Source: Verrucomicrobiota bacterium (GTDB lineage Bacteria; Verrucomicrobiota; Verrucomicrobiia; Limisphaerales; UBA9464). Taken from it: a stretch of 64,000 nt of DNA. The translations under genes were made by a program, and so were the position numbers. The stretch covers positions 488-64,487 of the forward strand of contig CANGKZ010000029.1 of NCBI GenBank assembly GCA_947454705.1, given 5' to 3'. The notes under the pieces were generated by a model. That model was not told where the DNA came from. It searched no databases and was given only the letters and a program-made list of their open reading frames with translations. This document shows, in pieces, positions 10,048 to 19,461 of the stretch (positions are counted from its first letter, which is position 1; each line of letters begins with the position of its first letter).

Positions 10048-10968
10048 ATGGTTCCCGCGCTTCTCGCCACGCTGCTGTTCGCGACCTCTTCCGTCGCGGC
10101 CCGACGCTCAATCCAACACCTCGGCTCCGCCAATGCCAGCATGGTGCGGATCCTCCTCGCCTCTACCGTACTCGGAATCTACGCCCACCTTTGGGGCGCC
10201 GGACTCGGCGGCGTCGCCCTGCCCTGGTTCGTCCTGAGTGGATTCATCGGCTTCGGCATTTGCGACACCGCGCTTTTCCTTGCTCTTCCCATGCTCGGGG
10301 CGCAGCTCGCCTCCCTCATGGTCCAGTGCCTCGCCGCGCCGATCGCGGCGTTGATGGAGTGGATCTGGCTGGGGACCAAAATTGATTCACCCAAGCTGAT
10401 GGCTGGCGGATTGATCCTCGCCGGCGTCGCCATCGCCCTCATTCCTCGGCGCGGCGCAAGCCCGCATCCCCCGCTCACCCCGCGGGCCATCCTGCTCGGC
10501 GTCATCGCCGCCGCAGGACAAGGCATCGGCGCCGTGCTCAGCCGGCATGGGCAGCTGATCGCGCGCGATTCCGGGCACCCCGTCGATGGCCTGTCGGTCG
10601 CCTACCAACGCATCCTCGCCGGCGTGGCCTTCACCTTCGTGTGGTGGGCCTGGCAGCGGTCGCGTCAGCAGCCTCCGGTTGCGAATGCGGATACCACCAC
10701 GTCCGCAGCGCCCGCCGGGCTCCCGTGGCGACGCGCCTGGCCCTGGGTCGTGGTCAACGGACTCTCCGGCCCCTGCCTCGGCGTGGCCTGCTATCAATGG
10801 GCCTTCCAGACCCATCCCACCGGGGTCGTGATGTCGATCACCGCCCTCACCCCGCTGGTGGTGATCCCCATTTCCTGGGCCGTCGAGGGCGTCCGTCCCA
10901 CCGTCCGGGGTGTTCTCGGCGGGTTGATCGCTGTTTCCGGAGTGATCTGGATGGCACTGCACCGGTAA
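10048..10968 (+). CDS. DMT/EamA family transporter
   Basis: 306 aa, about 10 hydrophobic helices in two repeats. Confidence 0.8.
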   Translation: MVPALLATLLFATSSVAARRSIQHLGSANASMVRILLASTVLGIYAHLWGAGLGGVALPWFVLSGFIGFGICDTALFLALPMLGAQLASLMVQCLAAPIAALMEWIWLGTKIDSPKLMAGGLILAGVAIALIPRRGASPHPPLTPRAILLGVIAAAGQGIGAVLSRHGQLIARDSGHPVDGLSVAYQRILAGVAFTFVWWAWQRSRQQPPVANADTTTSAAPAGLPWRRAWPWVVVNGLSGPCLGVACYQWAFQTHPTGVVMSITALTPLVVIPISWAVEGVRPTVRGVLGGLIAVSGVIWMALHR

Positions 10969-11021
10969 CCCCTCAGCAAAAAGACTTTCGGCCCACCCTC
11001 CTCGGCCCCAAGGTTACACCC

Positions 11022-11537
11022 ATGCGCAAGCGCCGCGAGGCTCGGGAACGAGCCCTTCAGTTTCTGTTCCAGCACGACTTGAACCCACCGGAAAACCTCC
11101 AGGTGGCACTCGACCATTTTTGGGACACCACCCGGATGAATTCCCACATGGAGTCCCATCCCGGGCCCACCTACGGAAGCATCGTCGATGTCCCGGCCCC
11201 CTCGTCCGATGAGATGGCCACCCGGATGTTTGCCGATGCCCTCATCAAGGGGGCCATCGAACACCGCGAGGATGTCGATGCCACCATCCGCAAGTACGCC
11301 AAGAATTGGGACCTTCACCGCATCGCCGTGGTCGATCGCAACGTGATGCGACTCGCCATCTACGAGATGCTCTACCGCGAGGACATTCCCCCGATCGTGA
11401 GCATCAACGAGGCCGTGGACGTGGCGAAGAAGTTTTCCACCGAGGACAGCGGCAAGTTTGTGAACGGCATTCTCGATCGCGTGAAGGGCGACATCCTGCG
11501 TCCCGCCCGCACCGCCAAGGACGAACCCGCACCGTGA
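11022..11537 (+). CDS. nusB: Transcription antitermination factor NusB
   Basis: RRxARERALQ N-terminus, WDLHRIAVVDRNVMRLAIYE, INEAVDVAKKFS...FVNGILD. Confidence 0.95.
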   Translation: MRKRREARERALQFLFQHDLNPPENLQVALDHFWDTTRMNSHMESHPGPTYGSIVDVPAPSSDEMATRMFADALIKGAIEHREDVDATIRKYAKNWDLHRIAVVDRNVMRLAIYEMLYREDIPPIVSINEAVDVAKKFSTEDSGKFVNGILDRVKGDILRPARTAKDEPAP

Positions 11538-12436
11538 GCGTCACCGCCTTCCCCGAGGCCGGCCCCGATTCCAAAATCGCCGACCTCCACCTTCACACCC
11601 GCTATTCCGACGGCACCTTCACGCCCGAGGAACTGGCCGAGAACGCGCGCCGGGAAGGCCTGTCTGCCATTGCCCTGACCGACCACGACACCGTGGACGG
11701 CTGCGCCGAAGCGGCCGAGGCGTGCCACGCGCGCGGCATCGAGTTCATCCCGGGTGCCGAGATCACTGCGGAAATCGGCGGGCAGGAAGTCCACGTGCTC
11801 GCGTACTGGATCGACACGCAGTCGGCCCTGCTCCAGCAACGGTTCGCTGAATTTCAATCCATCCGCACCGGACGCATCCACGGCATGGTGCGCCAGCTCA
11901 ATGAGCGCGGCGTGCCCCTCACCGCAGAAGCCGTTTTCGAAGTCGCCCAATGCAAGGCACCCGGACGCCCGCACGTCGCACGAGCCCTGGTCAGCGGCGG
12001 ATTTTGCAGCGACTTTGACGACGCCTTCGAACGCTATCTAAAAAAGGGCCGCCCCGGCTGGGTCCCCAAGCCGATGGTTCCCGCCACTGCGGCGGTTGAA
12101 CTCATCCACGCCTGCGGTGGTGTGGCCGTGCTCGCGCATCCGGCGCTTTATCGGGCCGACCGATTGGTGACCGAAGCCGCCCGGGCTGGCATCGACGGCG
12201 TGGAGTGCTGGCATACCAAGCACAACCCCGAAGCCTCGCGTCGGTATCAGAAGTTCGCGCAGGACCTGAACCTCGTGGCCACCGGCGGCAGCGACTGCCA
12301 CGGCAACAGCAAGGGCCAGCCGTTGATCGGCCGCATCCGCCTGCCCTACGCGCAGGTCGAACAACTCCGGGCACGACGGCCGGGCACGGTTGCCGCAACC
12401 ACCTCCGCACCCGCACCCGCCCCGGTCACGGCGTGA
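11534..12436 (+). CDS. PHP-domain metal-dependent phosphoesterase (YciV/RNase AM-like)
   Basis: DLHLHTRYSDG, ALTDHDT, EVHVL, GRPH, AHP, GGSDCHG. The GTG start overlaps the nusB stop (GTGA). Confidence 0.88.
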   Translation: MSVTAFPEAGPDSKIADLHLHTRYSDGTFTPEELAENARREGLSAIALTDHDTVDGCAEAAEACHARGIEFIPGAEITAEIGGQEVHVLAYWIDTQSALLQQRFAEFQSIRTGRIHGMVRQLNERGVPLTAEAVFEVAQCKAPGRPHVARALVSGGFCSDFDDAFERYLKKGRPGWVPKPMVPATAAVELIHACGGVAVLAHPALYRADRLVTEAARAGIDGVECWHTKHNPEASRRYQKFAQDLNLVATGGSDCHGNSKGQPLIGRIRLPYAQVEQLRARRPGTVAATTSAPAPAPVTA

Positions 12437-12524
12437 CTTCCGGGCTGTGGGATCACGATTGCATGTCCAACGCGGGCTAATACGGTCGTGTTTCGGTTCA
12501 CGGTTCTGATCTGCTTCCGATTCC

Positions 12525-13439
12525 ATGGGATTTTTCGACAAACTTAAGGCGGCCTTCACCAAGACCACGTCCGCCCTCGCGCACGAGGTTCGCCGCATCG
12601 TCACCCGTTCCCCGCGGCTCACCGCGGAAAGCATGGAGGAACTCGAGGCCGCGCTGCTGCGTGCGGATCTCGGCCTGCCCATGACCCAGCAGATCCTGGG
12701 AGCGGTGCGACACGCCTTCGAAACCCAGGGCCGCGGGGGCCTCGACTTCATCGACATCGCCGTCGCCGAGGTGGAGAAAAGTCTCGGCCAGGGCAATTCC
12801 ACGCTCGTCCAGCGCCCCGGCGAATTGACCGTGGTTTCCATCGTCGGAGTGAACGGCACCGGCAAGACCACCACCTCGGCCAAGCTGGCCCACCTGGTGC
12901 GTCAACGCGGTGAACTTTCCGTCCTGGCCGCGTGCGATACCTTCCGCGCCGCCGCCATCGAACAGCTCCAAATCTGGGGCAAGCGACTGGACCTTCCCGT
13001 CATCACCGGCGGATACAACGCCGACCCCGCTTCGGTGGCCCACGATGCCATCACCGCCGCCGTGTCGCGCAACGCCAACTGGTTGTTCATCGACACCGCC
13101 GGACGCCTCCACACGAAGAACAACCTCATGCTGGAGCTGCAGAAGATCCATCGCGTGATGGACCGCAAACTTCCCGGAGCCCCCCACGAGGTGCTGCTCG
13201 TTCTCGACGGCTCCACCGGCATGAACGCCATCAACCAGGCGCGCGAGTTTCACAAGGCCGTCAAGCTGACCGGCCTGGTGATCACCAAGCTCGACGGCAC
13301 CAGCAAGGGCGGCGCCGTCGTGGCCATCCAGCGCGAACTCGGCATCCCGGTGAAATTCATCGGCGTGGGAGAACAACCCGAGGATCTGCAACCCTTCAAC
13401 GCCAAGGAATTCGCCGAGGCGCTTTTTGCCTCGCGCTGA
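12525..13439 (+). CDS. ftsY: Signal recognition particle receptor FtsY
   Basis: GVNGTGKTT, DTFRAAA, DTAGR, TKLDGTSKGG, GVGE. Confidence 0.97.
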   Translation: MGFFDKLKAAFTKTTSALAHEVRRIVTRSPRLTAESMEELEAALLRADLGLPMTQQILGAVRHAFETQGRGGLDFIDIAVAEVEKSLGQGNSTLVQRPGELTVVSIVGVNGTGKTTTSAKLAHLVRQRGELSVLAACDTFRAAAIEQLQIWGKRLDLPVITGGYNADPASVAHDAITAAVSRNANWLFIDTAGRLHTKNNLMLELQKIHRVMDRKLPGAPHEVLLVLDGSTGMNAINQAREFHKAVKLTGLVITKLDGTSKGGAVVAIQRELGIPVKFIGVGEQPEDLQPFNAKEFAEALFASR

Positions 13440-13459
13440 GTCCGCAATCGCCGCGTTCC

Positions 13460-14134
13460 ATGAATCGATTCCATCTCCCCGCCCTGCCTTCGTCGCGACG
13501 CCCGATGCTCGCCCTCGGAGCCCTCGCGTGGATGCTGCTGTCGCTCCTGCCCTCGGTGCTGTTCGCCGAATCGAAAACCAATTCCACTGCAGTCCGGGTC
13601 AACGCCGCGGGATCCATTCCCTCCGGTGCAGCCCATCCGGCCGCACTGCCGGTCTTCAACCACGGCACCCTGCTCTGGTCCCACCCCGCCGGATGGGAGT
13701 ACACCCCGCCCCGGATCGATGTGAGCGGCAAGACTCCCATGAACTTCCGGCTCCAGGGACCGAAGGGCCGCCCCACCGTTCTGGTCACCGTGTTCTGGGA
13801 CGGCTTCGGCACCAACAATTCCAAGCCGAACCTGGAGTTCCTCGAAGCCCGCATGACCGATGCGGCCAGCAACCAGTTCCTTCCCGGCTCGATCGAGAAA
13901 AAAGTCACCGTGCGCAAGTTCGACAGCGCAACGATCCAATTTCGGTACACCACCTTCACCGATTCCGAATGGGTGGGAAAACCGGTGCCTGAGCTGGAGT
14001 CGCGCCACGCCACGCTCGGCACCTTCCGAACCGGCACGCTCTGGGGAAACTTCATGCTCATGACCAACGACACCGACGGACCGGAATTCCGCTCCGGGCT
14101 GGAGGTGCTGCAATCCTTCCACAAGGCGCCCTGA
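13460..14134 (+). CDS. Hypothetical exported protein
   Basis: Fills the ftsY-ribD gap. Signal-peptide-like segment (MLALGALAWMLLSLLPSVLFA) and host-like codon usage. No family recognised. Start may be 13505. Confidence 0.65.
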   Translation: MNRFHLPALPSSRRPMLALGALAWMLLSLLPSVLFAESKTNSTAVRVNAAGSIPSGAAHPAALPVFNHGTLLWSHPAGWEYTPPRIDVSGKTPMNFRLQGPKGRPTVLVTVFWDGFGTNNSKPNLEFLEARMTDAASNQFLPGSIEKKVTVRKFDSATIQFRYTTFTDSEWVGKPVPELESRHATLGTFRTGTLWGNFMLMTNDTDGPEFRSGLEVLQSFHKAP

Positions 14135-14162
14135 CGCCTGCGGAACCCGCTTCGAGACCGTC

Positions 14163-15317
14163 ATGCTCCCGAAGGATTCCCAGTTCATGCGGATGGCCCT
14201 CCGCCTCGCGCGACGAGCTGAGGGGGACACCGCCCCCAATCCCCTGGTGGGAGCCGTTCTCGTCCGCGGGGGCCGCGTTTTGGGCCGCGGATGGCACCAC
14301 AAGGCCGGTCAGCCGCATGCCGAAATCGAGGCATTGAACGATGCCGCACGACGTGGGGAACGCGTCCGCGATGCCACGATTTACGTCACGCTCGAACCCT
14401 GCTGCACCACGGGACGCACCCCGCCCTGCACGGATGCATTGGTCCGAAACGGCATTCGCCGCGTGGTGGTGGCCGCCGTCGATCCGAATCCAAAACACGC
14501 CGGCCGCGCCTTTCCCCTGCTCGAAGCCGCCGGGATTCAGGTGGAGTCCGGAGTGCTCGCCGACGAATCCAATCGAATGAACGAGGCGTTCAATCATTGG
14601 ATCGTGAACCGGACGCCCTGGATCACCCTCAAGGCGGCGATGACACTCGATGGTCGCATCGCCACCGCCTCGGGAGAATCCAAGTGGATCACCGGCGAAC
14701 GCGCGCGACTCGAAGGCATGCGACTTCGAAAAGCGTCGGACGCCGTACTCGTCGGGATTCAGACCGTCCTGGCCGACAATCCATCGCTCACCCTGCGCGA
14801 TCCCAAAACTGGAACGGCCATCGGAAGCCGGCGACGCCTCGTGCTCGACAGCCGCGCCCGCACCCCGCTCGATACCGCGCTGGTCACCGATGCCTGGCGG
14901 GAACACACCACAATCCTCGTGGGCGAATCCGCACCCGCCCGACGCGTGGCCGCGCTCGCCCGGAAGGTGCGCGTGCTCCAAGTCGCGGAGCGCGACGGTC
15001 GGATCGAACTCGATGCCTTGGTTCCAAAATTGGGCGCCGAAGGAGTCATGTCCCTGCTCGTCGAGGGCGGAGGCGAAGTCCACGCCTCGCTGCTCGCGGG
15101 CCACCACGCACATCGCATCGCGTTCTTCTACGCCCCCCTGCTGCTCGGTGGCGAAAAGGCGCGGCGCGCCGTGGCGGGTGATGGCTTCGGACTCGGGCTT
15201 CCGCATCCCGTTTTGACCGACCTTGCGTGGAAGCGACTCGGCCCCGACCGTCTGCTCACGGCGCGAATCGTTCCGCCGGCCGATCGCTCTGCAACCACCC
15301 CATCCTCCAAGCCCTGA
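14163..15317 (+). CDS. ribD: Bifunctional riboflavin deaminase/reductase RibD
   Basis: PNPLVG, HAE, TLEPC...TPPC zinc motif, SGESKWIT, LLVEGG. Confidence 0.96.
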   Translation: MLPKDSQFMRMALRLARRAEGDTAPNPLVGAVLVRGGRVLGRGWHHKAGQPHAEIEALNDAARRGERVRDATIYVTLEPCCTTGRTPPCTDALVRNGIRRVVVAAVDPNPKHAGRAFPLLEAAGIQVESGVLADESNRMNEAFNHWIVNRTPWITLKAAMTLDGRIATASGESKWITGERARLEGMRLRKASDAVLVGIQTVLADNPSLTLRDPKTGTAIGSRRRLVLDSRARTPLDTALVTDAWREHTTILVGESAPARRVAALARKVRVLQVAERDGRIELDALVPKLGAEGVMSLLVEGGGEVHASLLAGHHAHRIAFFYAPLLLGGEKARRAVAGDGFGLGLPHPVLTDLAWKRLGPDRLLTARIVPPADRSATTPSSKP

Positions 15318-15322
15318 TCCCC

Positions 15323-15937
15323 ATGTTCACTGGAATCGTCGAAGAAGCGGGCCTCGTTGAAGCCATCACCCCCAGCGAAACCGGAATCCGGCTCGCGGTT
15401 CGGAGCGCGGTGTGCGGCGAAGGAACGCAGCTGGGCGACAGCATCGCGGTCAACGGATGCTGCCTCACCGTGGTCAAGCTGAGGGCATTGCGCGGGAAGA
15501 ATCCGGGCCATCGGATGGAGTTCGACCTGCTGCAGGAAACGTGGAAGCGCACCAGCTTTGCGGATTTGCTGCCGGGATCCCGCGTGAACCTCGAACGCGC
15601 CCTCGCCCTCGGAGCGCGGCTCGGAGGCCATTTCGTCACCGGGCACATCGATGGCACTGCACGCATCCGCCGATGGGAACCAAGCGGGAAGGACTACGTG
15701 CTGGAGGTGGATGTTCCAAAATCGATCGCCCGATACCTGCTGCCCAAGGGATCGATCACGCTGGATGGCATCAGCCTCACCGTGGCTGAAGTGACCTCAC
15801 GCGGGATGATCGCCTGGATCATTCCCCACACCCGATCCGTCACCGCCCTGCTGGAGCGCAAGGCCGGAGACCGACTCAACATCGAGGCCGATCTCCTCGG
15901 CAAATACGTGGAGAAACTCCTCCCCCCACGCCGCTGA
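15323..15937 (+). CDS. ribE: Riboflavin synthase (alpha chain)
   Basis: Diagnostic N-terminus MFTGIV, GDSIAVNGCCLTV, VNLERAL, GGHFVTGHIDG, KGSITLDGISLTV. Confidence 0.96.
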   Translation: MFTGIVEEAGLVEAITPSETGIRLAVRSAVCGEGTQLGDSIAVNGCCLTVVKLRALRGKNPGHRMEFDLLQETWKRTSFADLLPGSRVNLERALALGARLGGHFVTGHIDGTARIRRWEPSGKDYVLEVDVPKSIARYLLPKGSITLDGISLTVAEVTSRGMIAWIIPHTRSVTALLERKAGDRLNIEADLLGKYVEKLLPPRR

Positions 15938-16107
15938 CCCGGGGCTCTCGATTCCGCCCCAAAAGCGGAGGTTCGAACCGCAGAGGGAGCGGAAGACAAA
16001 TCGTGGACATGCCTCCGATTCATTCACCTGCCGGGTAAGTCTCAATGGCCGCCGCCCCTGGTTGTTGTCTCTCGCAACTCCGAACTCAGGCGGCGGGGTT
16101 GCTCACA

Positions 16108-16232
16108 CGTTTGGAGTACCGCGTTTACGCGGCTCTGCTGTTGGACGCGGGGCCACCGAAAGGTTAGGAATTAACCGCCAGCATCGCTCGAGACGCACCT
16201 CCCAGAACCGTCTGAAGACGGGACTCCAAACG
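16108..16232. repeat. REP-like doublet: two palindromic units in inverted orientation
   Basis: CGTTTGGAGTACCGCGTTTACGCGG (16108-16132) and CCGTCTGAAGACGGGACTCCAAACG (16208-16232) are imperfect reverse complements, each with its own hairpin (CCGCGT-TT-ACGCGG; CCGTCT-GA-AGACGG). Confidence 0.75.
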
Positions 16233-16265
16233 AACGAGAAACCCCTCGCTACAGCGTCGGATTCC

Positions 16266-16332
16266 CCTTCAACGCTTCAACTTTTTAACCCTTCAACCTT
16301 CGCCCTTCGCCCTTCGCCCGTCACCCGCCGCC
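16266..16332. repeat. Short tandem repeats: 4 octamers (nYTTYAAC), then 3 exact and 2 degenerate heptamers (CTTCGCC)
   Basis: ccttcaac gcttcaac tttttaac ccttcaac cttcgcc cttcgcc cttcgcc cgtcacc cgccgcc, read directly. Confidence 0.8.
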
Positions 16333-16375
16333 CCCGAGAAACGATCTCCGATCTTCGAATACTCCCCGAAGCCCC

Positions 16376-18742
16376 TCACTGCTGGGTCGTCTTGTCGGTC
16401 GCGCTGGGTTTACCCTTCAGCTTCTTGGCGTCCCGGCGGCTCTTGGCGTCGTCAGTTCCAAAGTCCTTCTCCAGCTTCTGGATGTTGCCAGAGCTTTCGC
16501 GCTGCTCGCGGGTGTAATTCGCCACATCCGACGGCTTGGGCAGGATGGTGGGCCGCACCAGGATCATCAGCTCGGTCTTGGATCCCGAGTTCGACTTGTT
16601 CTTGAACAGGTTTCCAAGCAGCGGGATGTCCTTCAAATACGGCACCCCGGAGTTGGCGGTGGTGCGGTTGTTGTCGAGGTAGCCGCCCATGAGGATCACG
16701 TCGCCACTGCGCACCGTTACGATGGATTCAGCCTCCTTGTTGTCGGTCGTCGGAGGTGCTCCGGTGGAGGCATTGGCTCCAGCGGACACACCGGAAATGC
16801 TCTGCGAGACTTGCATCACCACGAGGTTGTCGGGGGTCACGAACGGGGTCACCGACAGCGTGATACCCACCGGGATGGTGGTGTACTGGTAGCTCGCCAC
16901 ACCGCCGTAGTTATATCCGCCCTGCTGGAACGGGATCTGGCTGCCGGAGAAGAACGAGGCGGACACGGCGTGCGAAGTAATGATGCGCGGGCGCTGGATG
17001 ATGTCCACGCGGCTGTCGGTCGCGGCGGCATTCACCGTCACGTCCCAGTTGTTGCCGAGGATCGCCGAGTAGCCGGCGCCGGCGCCGGAGGCATAGGTCG
17101 TACCGTTGGTCAGCGCACCCTTCAGGAAATTGATTCCGCCACCGAGATTGCCCGAATCATTATTGATACTGCCTCCACCCGTGACCGTGTCGTTGAACTT
17201 CTTGGGCCGCTGTCCGGCGGTGACCCCGAAGGTGCGGCTGTTGCCGAGAGCGACGTTCATCACGATGCCTTCGATGAGCACCTGAGGGAGAAGCGTGTCC
17301 ACCTTTTCCAGCACGCGCTTGATGGTGGCCAGGTCCTTCTTGCTGGCGTACACGATGAGGGAATTCGAACGCGGATCGGGAGTGATCTGAGCATCGGTCA
17401 CCAGCGGTTCCATCTGGGCGCCGAGTGCGCCGGCACCGCCGCGGTTCACCTGATTGTATCGACCGGCGAGAGTTCCCGCCCGCCCACCGGCTGCGGTCGC
17501 CGCACCAGCGGCACCCGGGGAGATCACCGTGGTTCCATTGGCCTGCGGGGTGTAGCTGCCGGCGGAATAATTGCCATAGCTGGTTCCCACGCCGTAGCCA
17601 CCCACTCCGGAGCTGTATCCGCCGGAGCCGTAGCCGGAACCGCGAATGCCCGAAGAACTGCCGTAGCCTCCGAGGCCGCCGCTGCTGCCAAATCCACCTC
17701 GTCCGCGGCCGGTCATGCCACCACCCATTCCGCCCAAGCCCCCGCCGAGACTGCTTCCGGCTCCGGTCAACGCGGCTCCACCACCGCCACCTCCTCCGAT
17801 GACGCTGCTCATGGTGGTGTAGATGTCCTCCACCCGCCCATATTTGATGCTGATCACTTCCAACACGAAGTCCTGTTCCACCTCGACATCCACCTTGGTC
17901 AGGATTTCGAGCATGCGCTTCACGTTGATCGCGTAATCGCGGAGCACGAGCGTCTTGGTGCTGGGCAGTCCGATGATGCCATTCGGATTCTTGGCAAAGC
18001 CCTTGAGGGTCTCAACCGCCTCCTCCACCTGGATGTGCTTCACCTGGGCAATGTGGGTGACGAACTGGCTGGCTTCCGGATACGCGGCCGAATTCGTGGC
18101 CCGGCTGAACGCGCCGCCTTCCTGCATGGCCTGCGCGGTGGGCACGGCGAGGACCGCCTTGTCACCGGTCGGAATCATGGTGACACCATTCAACGCCAGA
18201 ATGGTGTCATACATCTGCACGCGCTCCTCCGGGGTGAGCTTCATGCGGGCATTGAAATCAATCTGCGCCTGGGGGAGTCCGGTACCGCGAAGCACGATGC
18301 GGCCCGAGGCCACCGAGTACTCATCGAGGAACTGGTTCATCGGCATCTGCTTGAACGAAATCACCGATTCATCGGCATCGCCCGAGGCATCTGCGTCGGC
18401 TCCTGCATTGGCCCCCGGTCCGCCGGGAGCAGGTTGGAAACCGCCGTTCTGGGGCGGAACAGCACCTGCCGCGGACGTTGCCCCGGGAGCGCCGGGAGTC
18501 GTGGGCGGAGGAACAGGGCGCGGGAAATTTCCAGGAATCGCAGGCAACCGCGGGGAAGCGGCACTGGCGGAATTGGGGACCGCGCCCGGCGCACCGGGGG
18601 CACCGGGAGCGTTGTTGGTGCGGACGTCCGACACCGGGCGCCGCTGGGGCAGACCCGGAGGGGCCTGACGGGCGGCAACTGGCGAGGCGGCCAGCAGGGC
18701 CAAAGTCAGGCCGGCAAGGAGACGAAGCGGGATCGAGTTCAC
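16376..18742 (-). CDS. gspD: Type II secretion-like secretin (GspD/PulD family)
   Basis: Signal peptide, N-domains (ITPDPRSNSLIVYA), QVLIEGIV, GITLSVTPFV, GVPYLKDIPLLGNLFK, ELMILVRPTI. Confidence 0.9.
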   Translation of the reverse strand: MNSIPLRLLAGLTLALLAASPVAARQAPPGLPQRRPVSDVRTNNAPGAPGAPGAVPNSASAASPRLPAIPGNFPRPVPPPTTPGAPGATSAAGAVPPQNGGFQPAPGGPGANAGADADASGDADESVISFKQMPMNQFLDEYSVASGRIVLRGTGLPQAQIDFNARMKLTPEERVQMYDTILALNGVTMIPTGDKAVLAVPTAQAMQEGGAFSRATNSAAYPEASQFVTHIAQVKHIQVEEAVETLKGFAKNPNGIIGLPSTKTLVLRDYAINVKRMLEILTKVDVEVEQDFVLEVISIKYGRVEDIYTTMSSVIGGGGGGGAALTGAGSSLGGGLGGMGGGMTGRGRGGFGSSGGLGGYGSSSGIRGSGYGSGGYSSGVGGYGVGTSYGNYSAGSYTPQANGTTVISPGAAGAATAAGGRAGTLAGRYNQVNRGGAGALGAQMEPLVTDAQITPDPRSNSLIVYASKKDLATIKRVLEKVDTLLPQVLIEGIVMNVALGNSRTFGVTAGQRPKKFNDTVTGGGSINNDSGNLGGGINFLKGALTNGTTYASGAGAGYSAILGNNWDVTVNAAATDSRVDIIQRPRIITSHAVSASFFSGSQIPFQQGGYNYGGVASYQYTTIPVGITLSVTPFVTPDNLVVMQVSQSISGVSAGANASTGAPPTTDNKEAESIVTVRSGDVILMGGYLDNNRTTANSGVPYLKDIPLLGNLFKNKSNSGSKTELMILVRPTILPKPSDVANYTREQRESSGNIQKLEKDFGTDDAKSRRDAKKLKGKPSATDKTTQQ

Positions 18743-18756
18743 AGGAGGAGTCCTTC

Positions 18757-19461
18757 CTATTTCTTGGCGGGCTTGTTGGTGGCTGGAGCCGCGGGAGCGC
18801 CCTTGGGGGCAACCACCGGTTGAGCCGGCCGTTTCGCCGGAGGCGCTTGAGGCGCCTTGGGCTTCTTTTGGAAACTGGCAACCAAGGTCATGGTTGCTTG
18901 AAGTCGGGTTTGGGAAGAATCCAGCCGGAGGCGGTTCAATTCGCGAACCCGGATCATCGAGTCGCCCGCTCCCAAGGAGTGGAGGAAATCCACCAACTCA
19001 CCTTCACCCGCGATGACTTCAACGGTCATCGACACTTCATCAAAAAACGCATTCGTCTGACTCAGCGCCCGGTTCGGAGTCAATCGCACCACGCTCACGC
19101 CGCGGGTCGCCGCCTCGGTATAGATCGAGGACTGCACGCGGTTCGCCTGCTCTTCCTCGAGCACTCCGCCGGCGCCGGTGCGCTGCAGGTCCTTCAATTG
19201 ACGCTCGTAGGTGGCCTTTTTGCCCAGTTCCACGGCGAACTGCGATCGACGCCGCTCCTGCTTGTCGATCTCGGTCGTCAACTTCGACCACTCCCCGAAG
19301 TAGGGCCAGATGATCCAGTAATTCAGCACCAGCGCGAGGAGCACCACGCCGCCGAGCACGAGCCGACGTTCCTGCGGATCCAGGTTCAGTCGATCGAGCC
19401 AGCCAAGCAACGCGCTGCGCTGGGCGGCGGGGGCCGCGGGAGTGGAATCAGTCTGGCTCAT
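18757..19461 (-). CDS. GspM/PilO-like inner-membrane platform protein
   Basis: L.PQERRLV plus a single TM, coiled coil and ferredoxin-like C-terminus. Position between the GspL/PilN-like gene and the secretin. Confidence 0.72.
   Translation of the reverse strand: MSQTDSTPAAPAAQRSALLGWLDRLNLDPQERRLVLGGVVLLALVLNYWIIWPYFGEWSKLTTEIDKQERRRSQFAVELGKKATYERQLKDLQRTGAGGVLEEEQANRVQSSIYTEAATRGVSVVRLTPNRALSQTNAFFDEVSMTVEVIAGEGELVDFLHSLGAGDSMIRVRELNRLRLDSSQTRLQATMTLVASFQKKPKAPQAPPAKRPAQPVVAPKGAPAAPATNKPAKK

Noticed and set aside
7203-10142. 979-aa antisense ORF over ftsH/rpe, and similar long shadow ORFs (5253-7076, 16811-18823, 41627-43978, 44147-45796, 47793-49724)
   Set aside because: They lie in the antisense frame of strongly codon-biased GC-rich genes, where stop codons are depleted, and they contain no recognisable motifs
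15938-16375. Possible CRISPR array, tRNA or small CDS (16062-16517) in the largest intergenic region
   Set aside because: There are no regularly spaced direct repeats with spacers and no cloverleaf. The ORF translates through repeats and overlaps gspD antisense.
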